A stretch of 64,000 nt of DNA, taken from the NCBI GenBank assembly GCA_965649765.1, contig OZ287751.1:39308001-39372000 (forward strand). The letters are read 5' to 3'. Source of the stretch: Bispira polyomma (taxonomy: Eukaryota). How positions within the stretch are numbered: position 1 is the stretch's first letter; every line of letters starts with the position of its first letter. The position numbers and the translations under genes were made by a program. The notes below the pieces were generated by a model. The model ran no database searches. It was not told the origin of the DNA and saw nothing but the letters and a program-made list of their open reading frames with translations. Of this stretch, positions 63,433 through 64,000 are shown piece after piece.

Positions 63433-64000
63433 CATAAACCATATACAGGTATGATATAAATTTCACAACTTGGCATAGACACAACATATACATGAATGCC
63501 ATCATTTTAGATCCCATTTTGAAGCATTTATATGGCGCCGAATTGATGAATGCATCCTCAGCTGTTTGTTCTCCAATAAGGGATAATCCTACAACATGGC
63601 ACTTGTTCTTGTCAATGGGAAGTGACATGTTTATATCATACCAAAGGATGTAACCAGTAACCATTATTTTGTTTGCAGGAAGTCAAACTGGGGACCTTTT
63701 GACCAACAGACCAACTCACTCACAATTAGTCTACCAAAGACTTAAATAATTATCAAAATTTTTTTCCTATGATCAAAATATAAACTTGCAATATATATTC
63801 GAATTTTTCCATAGTAGCCTGGTCAATAGAAAAAATAATAATGAGAAAGTAAACTTTAATTTAACTTTAATTTTCCTTTCCCTTGATTAACATGGCTATT
63901 TGTTTAGGTATCTATTTTGACCATGTACATGTAGTTATCTTGATAAAGCCTAGCCCAGGGTAAAAACTTTAATAACGCGGTCCAGATAGAAAAATGGTTT

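Overview
AT-rich, repeat-laden animal genomic DNA. The SINE, MITE and L2 content suggests a lophotrochozoan, probably a mollusc (inference). There is one convincing protein-coding gene on the + strand, whose ~5 kb terminal exon (50191-55168) encodes an 11-finger C2H2 zinc-finger transcription factor. The protein has an internally duplicated 4-finger module ending in C2HC fingers, many SUMO consensus sites and three PPxY motifs. A phase-compatible upstream coding exon may lie at 38449-38507, and a long 3' UTR probably runs to about 59660. The rest is non-coding: a 5'-truncated, frameshifted L2-type LINE (30191-31806, -) with three older relatives, at least three tRNA-derived SINE families (one young copy has a perfect 16-bp TSD), several MITE/foldback elements, a Helentron-like element, a ~90-bp tandem array with a ~180-bp dimeric higher-order structure, microsatellites and poly-G/C tracts. 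A recurrent CCGCCAA + TGTCGTCTGC composite motif upstream of the gene is unexplained. There are no prokaryotic systems and no CRISPR array.
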